A stretch of 63,556 nt of DNA, counting the filler, from Thraustochytrium aureum (Eukaryota), in NCBI GenBank assembly GCA_012862495.1. It is 8 parts of 3 records of this genome, joined end to end, with 100 filler letters (N's around TTAATTAATTAA, not from the genome) between each part and the next. Parts side by side here need not be neighbours in the genome. Positions count along the whole stretch, not along the records: positions 1 to 22,546 come from BLSG01000325.1; positions 22,647 to 30,681 come from BLSG01000325.1; 6 more parts are not named here. The stretch is one strand, 5' to 3'. The position numbers and the translations under genes were made by a program. This document shows positions 11,496 through 22,648 of the stretch, piece by piece (position 1 is the first letter of the stretch; the number at the start of each line of letters is the position of its first letter). The notes beneath the pieces were generated by a model. The model saw only the letters and a list, made by a program, of their open reading frames with translations. It did no database searches and was not told the DNA's origin.

Positions 11496-13378
11496 ATGGC
11501 GTCAGAGGCCGGCTACAGTGACGAGGAGTTTGAACAGGAGGTAAGTCGTGCTGCCTTGCAACCCATGCAACCCATGCAGCGCATGCACCGCATGGACCGC
11601 ATGCAACATAGCGTGTGCAGCGCTAACGCCCACCCGACCGGCGCGCAGATCGTTGCCAAGCCAATGTTCGCAAAGGACAAACGGAAAACAGGCGACACCA
11701 GGCACGAGCAACATAGCCCTGGCAATCACAACGACGGTGACGGCGGCGACGACCTGGACGACGAGGAAGACGAAGCGATGGGTGCGTCCGAGTCGGAAGA
11801 AGACGCGGACGAGCGCATCGAAAAGCTACGAATCGCAAATCAAGCCCTACGCAAGCAGCTCAAGGACTTTGCAAAAGTGTTCGAGGCATCGATGAACAGC
11901 ACCGGAAAGCCTGCGCGCCTCCCCGGCGATGCTCCAAAGGGCACCGGTGAGGATGGCAAGCGCTCCCTGCGAGCAATCGTCCAGAGCAAGCAGCGCCAGG
12001 TCCAAAGCCTGCAAAAGAAGCTCGAAATGTATCGCAAGAGCAACAACCAGCTCAAGCGGCAGATCCAGCACGCCTACACTGCAGACCGCGTGGTGCAGAT
12101 GGGCAACGAAAACAAGGAAAAGGAAAAGCAGATTCAGCAGCTGATCGAGGAGAACCGAGGACTGCAAGCAATGCAGCGCAACCAGGCCAAGAAGATCCAG
12201 CGGCACCAGGTCGACCGTGACGAATGGCCTGCGCGCCTTTCGGGCCTCCAGGACGAGCTGCGCGTGACCCGCGAAACGCTCCGCAAGTACAAGGACAAGG
12301 CGCGCGCCGCCGAGGAGGAGACCGCAAAGCAGCACGAGCTGATTATTAAGCTGCAAGGAAAAACCGCGAGCTCCGCAAGGAAATCGAGCGCTACGAGGCA
12401 TCGAACGGCAAGGCCAAGACAAAGGATGCGCTGGACATTGGGGCCCATCAGGACGAGTGGGACAAGGAGCGCGACAAGCTCGAGCACGCAATCAAGATCC
12501 TGGAGAAGGCGCACAAACAAGAGCGCGCCAAGGCAGCACAGGCAGCAAAGCGCGCCGAGGACAAACTCAAGGAGCACCAGGAAGAGGTGGATCGCCTCAA
12601 GACGCGGATCGAGGAGAAGGAGAAGGACATGCGCTACCAAGTTATTCAGATCAAGCGCCTCAAGCGCGGCCTGCGCGAGTTGGCGATGGGCGACGGCCCG
12701 CTGCCTCTCACCGACTCGCCCTGGTCTGCCAACATGGCCAAGTTTCTCAATGGCGTAGACGACGACAACGACGACCTCGAAGCCTCAGCAGACCATGGCG
12801 CGGTCGGCTTTGCGTCTTCACCGAAGAGCGTCGCCGCCTCGCCGCGGGCCCGAGCCTCCCCAAAGCCTCCGTCCCAGGGCCGTGTCAACCCTGCGGCCCC
12901 GAGTCCGCGTGTTGCGCGGGCCGAGCAGGTTGCGGCGTCGCAGGCAACCAAGGCCACCGCTGTTGAGCCAGCCGCCGCGCCGGGCCCAGAGCCCACGGAC
13001 GAACTCGAAGAATTTGACCGCGCTGACGACGCCAACGTGGCAGGGGAATCGCAAGCGCACGGGGTTCCGGCCGAAGAGTCGGAGGGTGGACCTGCGACAG
13101 CCGAGGATGACGAGCCTGCTATCGCAGACGAGCCAACAGCCGCTGAACCTGGGGCATTCGAAGACGAGCCGCGAGGACCAAGTGAGCCTCCCGACGCCGC
13201 GACAGGAAACGAGGCGCAGAGCGCTCAAACTGGCGGGGAGGAGGTGGCTGCGACGGAAGCGTTTGTCGAGGCACCCGGAGAAGAGCCGGAAGTCGCGCCC
13301 AAGCCCCAGACGCCGGAGAAGAAGAGCGCCTTCGCCAAGCCAAACATGGGCAAGAAGAAGAAGAAGAAGGCCTTCTGA
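11496..13378 (+). CDS. Lebercilin-like (LCA5-family) ciliary coiled-coil protein; 2 exons, indel at ~12360
   Basis: MASEAGYSDEEFEQE, then intron 11541-11648 (GTAAGT..GCTAAC..GCAG). The coiled coil LIEENRGLQAMQRNQAKKIQRHQVDRDEWPARLSGLQDELRVTRETLRKYKDKARA resembles the lebercilin domain. Acidic tail ends KKKKKKAF*. Confidence 0.6.
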
Positions 13379-13559
13379 TCGATCGCGGGGACAGGAGACG
13401 CGCCTCGGGTTTGCGCTGCCTCGGGTTGGCGCTCCTCGGCTCCGAGCGCCGAGCTCGCTAGATTTTGAAAAACCAACTTGAAGGCGCGTTTGCTGCTCGA
13501 CGAGTTGCTGCTGCTCGACGAGTTGCTGCTGCAAGGCGAGTTGCTGCTGCTCCATGCTA

Positions 13560-14615
13560 CTACAAGTTGCCGGTGCATCTCCCCCCTTGAAGCGAGACGT
13601 GGCGACGCTCGGCTGCCGACAGTTTGCAGGCGGCGAGGATGTCAATGCACATGGCTGCGTCCGCCAAGCTCGAGAGCGGGCTGCGGCCGGCGAGCACGCA
13701 CTCGCGGATAAAGTGCGCCGTCTGGCGATCGACCGTCCGAGGGAAGGCCATGTACGTGTGCGAGTGAATGGTGTGGCTACTCGCGCGCACTGCGTCGTTG
13801 TAGCTGTAGCGCGCGGACCCCTCCGACCCAAGCGCCTTGATGTAAAAGCTCCACGGCTCGGCCGAGTGGTCGTCGCCGGCAAAGCTAGCTTGCAAGATGC
13901 ATATTGCTCCGGAGCGCATGCGCAGCATTGCCACCGCCACGTTGGAGCGCTCCACAGCGCCGTTTGCCACGTTGGCCGTCATGCACGAGACATCCGTGGG
14001 GACGTCCCCGGTCAGGAAAAGTGTAGTGTAGGCGTGGTGCGTGAGGATTTGGTCGACGATCTCTGCAAGTCGGGTCGTCACGTCCGGGCCGTGGCGAATG
14101 TTGTAGAACACCGCCAGGTGCGCGAGCCGCCCCAGCTGCCCTTGGACCACGAGAGACCGAATGTCCTCAAGCTGGGGGTCATACACGTAATTGTGTCCTG
14201 GCACGCACCACAGGCCCCGCTCGGATGCGATAGCGGCGAGGCCCTCCACCTCGCTGCGCGACGCGCCAGCGGGCTTCTCTACAAGCACGTGCTTGCCAGC
14301 CTCCAGCGCACGTCGAGCCAGAGCATAGTGGCTCTCCAGCGGCGTCAACACGTACACGGCCTCCACAGCAGGGTCCGCGAGCAGCTCCTCAAGCGTCCCA
14401 TACGCCTTCGAGCACCCAAGCTGCAAGGCGCGCTCACGCACCTCGAAAGCCACGCCGCTCGCCGTGACGTCCTCCTCGCGGACGTTCCACAGGCCGACCA
14501 AGCGCGCATTCTCGCACGCCCTGAGCGCAGCAGCGTGCAACAAAGCGACATCGCCGCACCCAACGAGGCCAACGCCGACGCGCCTCAACGCCTCAACGCT
14601 CGCCATGGACGTCAT
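13560..14615 (-). CDS. Gfo/Idh/MocA-family NAD(P)-dependent oxidoreductase
   Basis: VGLVGCGDVA Rossmann motif; LLADPAVEAVYVLTP..H; ALEAGKHVLVEKP; GHNY; intronless. Confidence 0.9.
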   Translation of the reverse strand: MTSMASVEALRRVGVGLVGCGDVALLHAAALRACENARLVGLWNVREEDVTASGVAFEVRERALQLGCSKAYGTLEELLADPAVEAVYVLTPLESHYALARRALEAGKHVLVEKPAGASRSEVEGLAAIASERGLWCVPGHNYVYDPQLEDIRSLVVQGQLGRLAHLAVFYNIRHGPDVTTRLAEIVDQILTHHAYTTLFLTGDVPTDVSCMTANVANGAVERSNVAVAMLRMRSGAICILQASFAGDDHSAEPWSFYIKALGSEGSARYSYNDAVRASSHTIHSHTYMAFPRTVDRQTAHFIRECVLAGRSPLSSLADAAMCIDILAACKLSAAERRHVSLQGGRCTGNL

Positions 14616-15073
14616 CTCATCGCCTGCGCCAGCGCGGCTGGGTCTGCCTGCCACCACGACGACCCAGGAGTCGCGCTGCCCCAGTCTTGACTCGTTCAAA
14701 CTTCAATAACACATTCAAGAGTCACGCCACCNNNNNNNNNNNNNNNNNNNNNNNNNNNNNNNNNNNNNNNNNNNNNNNNNNNNNNNNNNNNNNNNNNNNN
14801 NNNNNNNNNNNNNNNNNNNNNNNNNNNNNNNNNNNNNNNNNNNNNNNNNNNNNNNNNNNNNNNNNNNNNNNNNNNNNNNNNNNNNNNNNNNNNNNNNNNN
14901 NNNNNNNNNNNNNNNNNNNNNNNNNNNNNNNNNNNCTCGCTTTTGCAGCGACAGCAGCTTGACCGTGGGCCTCCCTTCCATCGAGCGAGCTTCATCACTT
15001 TCGACGATCAGCCGCTGCCGCTTCCGGCCACCGGAACTGCCGAATGGGCGCCGTTTTCCTTGACATTGGCCTA

Positions 15074-15351
15074 TTCAAGAACGTTGTTCATTCTTGAATT
15101 TGGTTCTTGAAATGGAAATCAGTCAATCACAATTTGCCACAGAGGTCTCCGCGCCCTAACCCTATCCCTGACGCGTGATTCGCGCGACTTTCCGTTATTC
15201 ACGGATCTTGGCTGGGCGTGCATCCGTTGTTGGCGTATACCTCCGTCTGCGGCGCGTCCGGACTTCCGCTGCTCTCGTCCGTTTCCGTTGTTCTCGTGTA
15301 CGCGCCCTGCGGAAGTCGTGTTCCGTTGTTGGCGTCACTACTTCCGTTGTT
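15074..15351 (+). promoter_or_regulatory. Putative RPL7 upstream regulatory region with clustered motifs
   Basis: TTCnnGAA x3 (15074, 15091, 15104); CCCTAA-CCCTAT-CCCTGA (15154-15171); TCCGTTGTT x4 (15223, 15284, 15322, 15343). Confidence 0.45.
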
Positions 15352-15470
15352 CGCGTGTATTTCCGTGCGCAAGCGCTGCTTGCAGCGGGTGGCTGGACGA
15401 GAGGCGCGCATGTATTGTAGGCATGTATGTGGTGGCGCGAGAGACAGGAGCAGCGGCAGACCACAGTCGA

Positions 15471-15522
<52 letters not shown>

Positions 15523-15545
15523 GAGGAGTCGAGCAGCACGGCACG

Positions 15546-16924
15546 ATGTCCACCGCACAGAGGTGAGTAGCTTGAGCGTTGTTGCGCCGCCTTGCGCGGG
15601 TCCGGATGGCGCGGGCTGGGCTTGGCAGGGCGCGCGAATGCCGGCTCGCTGGCCAGTGAGCTAGCGCGCTGGAAAGGGGCCCGGTTGGCTCGTTGTTTTG
15701 TTGGTTGGCTGGCTGGCGGGCGGGCGGGCTGGCGTGGGAGAGGGGGGGGAGGGATGGACGGACGCTCTCGTTGTGCCGGGACGCGATTGCGCCGGCCTGC
15801 GTAGAGTTGAAGACCCCGCCTTGGATGAGTCGTTTGGTACTCAGTCCTCGCTCCGAGTCCGCGCGCCAGCGCAGACTCGGGTTTTTTGTCCTTGCGTCTG
15901 TGCGCAGCTGTGGTGAAGCTGCGCACGATGCTTGGAGGAATTTGTGAGACGCAGGTGCCGTCTGCTGTGCAGGCGCGAGCCCTACTCGACGAGAACTGGC
16001 AAACGCCGATACGATCGGTCACGTCTCGCTCGTGTGGCTTGCGCCTGCACAGACAGCCGCGCACGGCGCCTCCGAAGTCGAGGACTCAGGTAGACCAAGC
16101 AAGCTCTCCAAGGCGACTCGCCCCCGCCTCTCGCGTCGGTACTGTCGTGGTTTGCTGCGCGCTGGGCGGAATTTAGCAGACGGACTTGGCGCTGACACCC
16201 TTCCACCATCTCTAGCGTCCCCGAGTCTGTCCTGAAGAAGCGCGCCACGCTCGCCGAGCTCAAGGCCAAGCGCGCCGCGAGCACCAAGAAGAAAGTCGCC
16301 AAGCGCAAGGAGAAGCGCCAGGAGGCCTTCAAGCGCGCCGAGAACTACATTGCCGAGTACAAGGCCACCGAGAATGACCTGATCCGCCAGCGCCGCGTCG
16401 CCAAGGCCGCCGGCAACATCTTTGTCGAGCCGGAGCCCAAGGTTATGCTCGTGGTCCGCATCCGCGGTATCATCGGCAACAGCCCCAAGGTCCGCAAGAT
16501 CTTGCAGCTGCTGCGCCTGCGCCAGATCCACAACGCCGTGTTTGTCCGCGTCAACAAGGCCACCATCAACATGCTGCGCCTCGTCGAGCCGTTCATCATG
16601 TACGGCGAGCCCTCGCAGAAGACCATCAAGCAGCTCATCTACAAGCGCGGCTTCGGCAAGGTCAACAAGCAGCGCATCCCGATCGCCGACAACAGCGTGA
16701 TCGAGAAGGTGCTCGGCAAGGACGACATCATCTGCGTCGAGGATCTCATCCACGAGATCACCGTCTGCGGCCCCAAGTTCAAGGCCGCCGCCAACTTCCT
16801 CTGGCCCTTCAAGCTGTCCTCGCCGCTCGGCGGCTTCAAGAGGAAGCTGATCCACTTCAACGAGGGTGGTGACGCCGGCAACCGCGGCGAGCACATCAAC
16901 TCGATTGTGCAGCGTATGATCTAG
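15546..16924 (+). CDS. RPL7: 60S ribosomal protein L7 (uL30); 2 exons
   Basis: Exon 1 15546-15562, intron 15563-16215 (GTGAGT..GCTGAC..CTAG). Joined protein [15 protein letters not shown]...[61 protein letters not shown]. Strong codon bias. Confidence 0.97.
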
Positions 16925-17278
16925 AGCTCAATACAATGCCTGCCTGCCTTATTCGTACCCTTTTGCCCCGTGCGCCTTTTGCGAGCAACTCCTAGCGAGC
17001 CTGGAGCCCCGCGGGGCGGCTTGCCTAGCGTCGCTGCTGCGGCTTTTCAAGAAGGGGCTCGCTCTCTCACCCACGGGCACCGCACGCTGCGCCACTCAAA
17101 CCGCACCTTTTTCGGCAGACCTTTTGACAGAAGCGCGGGCGCCAGGCTCCAAGCCGCGCTGCGTGGCTGCGGCGAGGGCAGAGCGGCAGGCGTGCAAGAC
17201 CGGCAAGGGTCAAGGCCGCGGCCGCAAGAGCTCCAGCAGCGAGGCGTGATCTGCTCGCGCCTGGACTTTCGCCTCGCG

Positions 17279-19453
17279 ATGGGCGACCACCTCGACTCGG
17301 ACGACCAGCCAGACGCGCCGCCAGCGCTTGGCTGCGGGATCCACGTCAGGTTCACTGCGGACTTGGCAGCGTCGCTGCACCAGGTGAGTTGGAGGAGGGA
17401 AAGCTGGGAGAGGGTCGACCTGCGGTGGAAGCCGAAAGCGCGGGAGCTCGACGAAAACGCGGACGGCCTGCGAGGCAGGCACCCACTGACGCGTTGAGTT
17501 GTCGTGCCCTTCAAACAGCTCGTCTACAATGGGCACTTCTCGTTCCTCGTGACGCCGCTTGTGCACCCGAGGCTCAAGCGCGACAGCGGCACAGTTTCCG
17601 ACGCGCGGGAGTGGCCCATGACGCGTAAGTGGCCGACAGGGTTGATTCGCTGGCAGCTCGTCCCCGCGACCGCCTCCTCCGAAACTAACCCCGCCGTTCC
17701 GTCTCGCAGGGTCTGACTTGATCCTTGAAGGCCGCGCGTGGAGCAACTGCGTGGTTGGCCAGGTATCCGAGTGGCTCGACTGCGACGCCGCCGACTCGGC
17801 CGTGCGCGAAGCGAGCGAAATGGCCCTCGCGGAGCAGCTGTCGTGGGCTACGCACCTCTCTATGTCAGCTGTGGTCGTCCCGGCCCCGCGGATGCAGTGC
17901 GCCAATTACGCCAATGTGCTTCACCGCATCTTGACCGCGAGCCCGGCGCACCCGATGCTGTGGACTCGCCTTCCACTCTGCACCCCAGAGTCTCTTTTGC
18001 GCCCCGACGACGAGAGCGTCAACCCCTGGTTTGCTTGGAACAAGCTTCGCCAGCTGTGCGACCACTCGGCCTCGCTCGGGGTCGTGCTCGAGCTGACGCT
18101 TTCCCTCCCGAGCCGCACCGACCTGGAGCGGTGGGCCGGCGAGCCAGTCAAGGCGGTCCTGATCCCCACCTCAGCCTTTCTCGCGAACAGCAAGGGGATA
18201 CCCGGTGCTGAGCGCGGCGCATCAGGAAGCACTGGTCCAGCTGCACAAGCACGGAGCCCAGTTCGTGCTGACCGGGCGCGCGCGCCACTCGCAAGGCGCG
18301 GCGCCCTACTACCTTTACCTGCAGCACCTGGTGAACCGGATTCCGGCGCCATGCATGAAGGACGATTTCGAGTCGCCCTTCTACGACTACCTGCAGAGCC
18401 CGCTGCAGCCGCTCAACGACCACCTCGAATCACAAATGTACGAAACGTTCGAAAAGGACCCCGTCAAGTACGCCAAGTACGAGGAGGCCATCGCCGCGGC
18501 GCTGCGCGACCGGCCCGTCTCCAAGGTCACCGTGGTCATGGTTGTCGGGCTGGCCGAGGGCCCCTCGTTCGCGCGGCTCTTCGCGCGGCCGACTCGACTA
18601 CCCGCCGNNNNNNNNNNNNNNNNNNNNNNNNNNNNNNNNNNNNNNNNNNNNNNNNNNNNNNNNNNNTCACGCTGCGCAACATGAAGAAGATGCTGGGGTG
18701 GGGCCAGGTTGTCACTGTCGTGCAGACCGACATGCGCGTCTGGCAGGCGCCCGAGCTGGCGGACATTCTCGTCAGCGAGCTGCTTGGCTCGTGGGGGACA
18801 ACGAGCTTTCCCCCGAGTGCTTGGACGGGGCGGAGAAGTTCCTCAACCCAGACGGGGGCGTCTCCATTCCTTACGAGTACACTTCGTTCGTGGAGCCCGT
18901 CTGCACCACCAAGCTTTGGAACGATTGCCGCGCCTTTGAAGAGCGCAAGAACATGGAGACGATGTACGTGGTCAAGCTGCACAACTTTAGCTCGTTCGCA
19001 GGGCCCGTTCCGGTCTTCACATTCGCGCACCCGAGCTGGCGCAAGGGTCGCACCGAATGCGGGCGCGAGGTGTTTGCGCACGACGGCCCCGTCGCACCGC
19101 GGCTGCGGCTGGGGGCGCTGGACAACACCCGCGTGCGGGCGGTAGAGTTTGAGGCTGGCCAGACGGGCTTGCTGCACGGCTTTGCGGGCTACTTTGAGGC
19201 CAAGCTGTACGCGGACGTGTCCATCAGCATCAACCCTCCTACGCACAGCGAGGGCATGTTCAGTTGGTTTCCGATCTACATTCCGATCCGCGAGCCGCAG
19301 GTCGTTCGCAAGGGCGAGGTGATCCGGGCCAAGTTCTGGCGCCACTGCAAGACGACCAAGGTGTGGTACGAGTGGGCCATGGAGAGCCCTGCGCCTTCGG
19401 TCATACACAACGTGAACGGGCTCTCGAGCCCCATCAACCTGACAACGGACTAG
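17279..19453 (+). CDS. PRMT5: Protein arginine N-methyltransferase 5; 3 exons, several indels and a gap
   Basis: Introns 17384-17518 and 17625-17709. Motifs PLVHPR, TRSDL, WLDCD, WAGEPVKA, DYLQSPLQPLNDHLESQMYETFEKDPVKY, GAGRGPL (indel), ADILVSELLGS.GDNELSPECLDG, MFSWFPIY. Confidence 0.95.
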
Positions 19454-19997
19454 CTAGCTCTAGAGAGAGCTCGAGAGAGAGCTTGGGGCTCTCGCCGTAG
19501 GTCGAGGCGGGGGCGGGCTTGTGTCTCCGCTGGGGTAACGAAGCAGCAACAATTTGGTCGAGGCCTACGTCGTTTCTTTCTTTCTTTTTCTTGCATTGCT
19601 GCCTTATCGTGAAATCATCACATCAAGTCTCTCATCAATCATCGTGAGTGAGAAAAGTCAACACGTCCGGGGCTGCGTCCTTTGACGACGCACCCCGATC
19701 AGGGTTTTGTGTTGTATACATCGATCGACCACGGCACGCGGTAGAAGCGCAACCACTCGACGCCGCCATGCAGCGTCAGCGGTAGAGAGCCGTGGCCACG
19801 GCGCCATCCGCGCCACAAACGGTTCTTCTCGCGCGGCAAGCGCAGGCACGCCGACGGCTCGAGCCTTCGAATCCAACCCCTCCAGCATTGTAGACAGCGG
19901 CGAATCCTTGTCGATCAAAGCCACCCGGCAAAGACCCAGACGGGGAGGGAGGGAGGGTGGGGGCAGGCCAACGAGCCGGGAGCCCGACCAGAGCCGT

Positions 19998-22159
19998 TTA
20001 CCAGCGGCCTCGGCCGCCGCCACCGCGACCACCACCAAAGCTCCGGCCGCCGCCGCCGCCACCACGACCGCCAAAGCTGCGGCCACCGCCGCCGCCGCCG
20101 CGGCCGCCAAAGCTGCGGCCACCACGGCCACCACCGCCCTTCCTCCACCAAACGAGCGCGTCGCCTTCTCCTCGAGAGGCGGAAGCTCGGAGATGGGCTC
20201 GATGTTGGAGTCGCCGGCGTCCAGCACTTCGTCAAGGGCGTCTTTGTACTTGAGATCGAAGTCAAAGACAGCCCCAGACTTGTCCGCCAACAAGTTCATG
20301 CCGCGGCAAGCCTCGACAGCCTCCGGCGGGAACGAGCGGCGCAGAGCCGTCCAGACATAGCCAAGGCCATAGAGCTCCTTGCCCGAAGCGTTGAAGCGCA
20401 AGGTGACGTACCCGTCGGCGCACTGCAGCAGCGAGCGAGGAAGGAGCGAGCGCTTGTCCGTAAAACCGGTGATGTGCGCGAGGGCAGCCGCAAGGGCGCG
20501 CTCGGCGCCCATCTTTGAGGCGATCTCCTTGGCGCTGGGCAGGAAGCGCTCCACGACGTCCGAGGGATACGTCTCGAAGCGCTCGCCCGCGTTGTTGGCC
20601 TCGGCGATCAAGAGGTCGGACGGCTGCGGCGCGCCGATGCGCCGCAGCGTGTTGCCGGTGATGCGCTCGATCTGCTTGATGAGCTCCACCTGCGCGTGCT
20701 TGTAGAGCGTGATGCAGTAGCCCTTGCGCCCCGCGCGGCCCGTGCGGCCCGAGCGGTGCACATAGGTCTCCGCGTCCGCCTTGCCGGAGAACTGCCCAGC
20801 CGGCGGCTGCACCTGGATCACGAGGTCGACGCCCTTGATATCAAGGCCGCGCGCAGCAACGTCCGTGGCGATGAGAACGTGAAACTTGCGCGAGCGAAAC
20901 CCGGTCAGAGTCGTCTCGCGTTGCGCCTGCGGGATGTCGCCGTGGAGCACCTTGGCGTCCTGCTGGAGGTCTTTGTCCACCATGAGCTCGTTGCAGTCCT
21001 TCTTGGTCTGGCAAAACACGATGGTGCGGCCGTTGTTGGCCACGTTGCCGTACATGCGAATCAGGTCGCTGACGGTCTTGCCGCGCGCCTGCCAGGGGCA
21101 CATGAGCGACATGTGCTCGACGTCCGAGGAGGCCTGCTTCTCATCCTTGCCGACCAGGTCAACAGTGACCGGGTTGTTCATCTTGGTCCTCGCCACGTCA
21201 CGCACCCAGGTGGGCAGCGTCGCCGAGAAGAGAAGCGTCTGGAGCCCGACCGTGTCGCTATCGCCATTCTGTTGCCGCTGCTCGGCGATGCTGTCAAAGA
21301 CCTTTTGCATCTCGTCCTTGAACCCCATGTCGAGCATCTGGTCGGCCTCGTCCAGAATGAGGTGGCGCACGTTGCCCAGGCGCAGGTTGCCCCGGTCGAT
21401 GTGGTCGCAGATCCGCCCCGGGGTACCGACAACGCAGTCAACGCCCTTGTACATGATGCGGGCCTGGTCGTTCACCGACGACCCGCCGTACACGGTCAGG
21501 GTGGCGAGGTGGGGCCCGGTCATCTCAAACTCGCGCGAAACCTGGATGGCCAGCTCGCGGGTCGGCGCCATAATCAGGATCGCCGGCGCGCGTCCGCGCG
21601 ACGAGTCGACACCAACGCGTTTGTACAACGACTCGATCACGGGCAGCGCGAACGCGAGCGTCTTGCCGCATCCGGTGTGCGCGCGCCCGATCACGTCCTT
21701 GCCTTCCGTGATCAGTGGAAAGGTTTTGGCCTGGATTTCGAACAGAGACTTGACGCCGCGCTTTTCGAGGGCCTTGAGGCTCATGTCCGAAAGGGCAAAG
21801 TCGCTCAGCGGGTACGTCTTGATCGAGATCTCCTCGTCGTCCTCGGTGGGCTCGCTGGCTTTGTCGGCCTTGGCCTTCTTGGCCGGCTTCTTGCTCGACC
21901 CGGAGGTTTCTTCGGAGGAGACCTCCTCGCCGGCCTCCTCGTCGGCCTCGCCGCGCTTGCGCTTCTTGTCCTTCTTGGCATCCTTGTCCTTCTTGCTCGA
22001 CTTTTCCTTCTTGGCCTTCTTCTCCTTCTTGGCCGACTTCTTGCTGTTGTCCTCTTCGGAGGCGGCCTCGGCGGCCTTGTTCATCTCCTTCTCAAACGAC
22101 CGCGTCCGCGGCCTCGAGCTCATCTCCTCGTTCGCCGAGTCAAGGTCCCTCGGACTCAT
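19998..22159 (-). CDS. DDX21: Nucleolar DEAD-box RNA helicase DDX21/DDX50/RH7-like with GUCT domain and RGG tail
   Basis: Lys-rich N-terminus; LFEIQ; AHTGCGKT; APTRELA; DEAD; SAT; LHGDIPQAQRE; TDVAARGLDI; HRSGRTGRAG; GUCT-like RSLL..GYVTL. After an indel at ~20140 the tail is (GGRSFGGRGGGG)n GRW*. Confidence 0.9.
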
Positions 22160-22648
22160 TGCCCGCGCCGCCGCCAATCAAACGTCGCGAGCCTTGGCCC
22201 CTTCCGCGTCCTGCGCGAATTCCGGGACTTTTGACGGTCTCGTGCGACGGTATTCCGCGGCCTTGAGCGAGTGAATTCCGGGTCTCTGCTCCGTGCGCCG
22301 TCGCCGGGCGTATCACGCGGCCTCCGTTGCGTTCGAAGTCTGATACGTTCGAGGTCTGTTCGCTCTGCGATCTGCCTGCCTGCCTGCCTGCCTCGCATCG
22401 AGCGAGCGTCTCCACCCAATTCGCTCACCACGACACGCGCCTGCCCAAAACCAACCATTCCATCGCGACGACACCCGAACAAACCGAATGTGCACTGGCC
22501 AAAGCCGTTTGGTCCGTTACGGGGTGCGCAGGGACTGACAAGCGTTNNNNNNNNNNNNNNNNNNNNNNNNNNNNNNNNNNNNNNNNNNNNTTAATTAATT
22601 AANNNNNNNNNNNNNNNNNNNNNNNNNNNNNNNNNNNNNNNNNNNNTA

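Noticed and set aside
17279..19453. Multiple frameshifts in PRMT5, DDX21, SET, RING-CH and others, as pseudogenes or programmed frameshifting
   Set aside because: They are single-base indels, mostly in homopolymers, within otherwise fully conserved essential genes. This is typical of sequencing error.
20696..22274. Long antisense ORFs opposite DDX21 (also opposite RPL7, SDR, opine DH and SET)
   Set aside because: Shadow ORFs caused by high GC and codon bias; no recognisable motifs.
22591..22602. TTAATTAATTAA palindrome flanked by Ns, recurring at ~30726, 34210, 37602, 43726, 45924 and 56584
   Set aside because: An artificial contig linker with stop codons in all six frames. It is not biological, and adjacency across it is not guaranteed.
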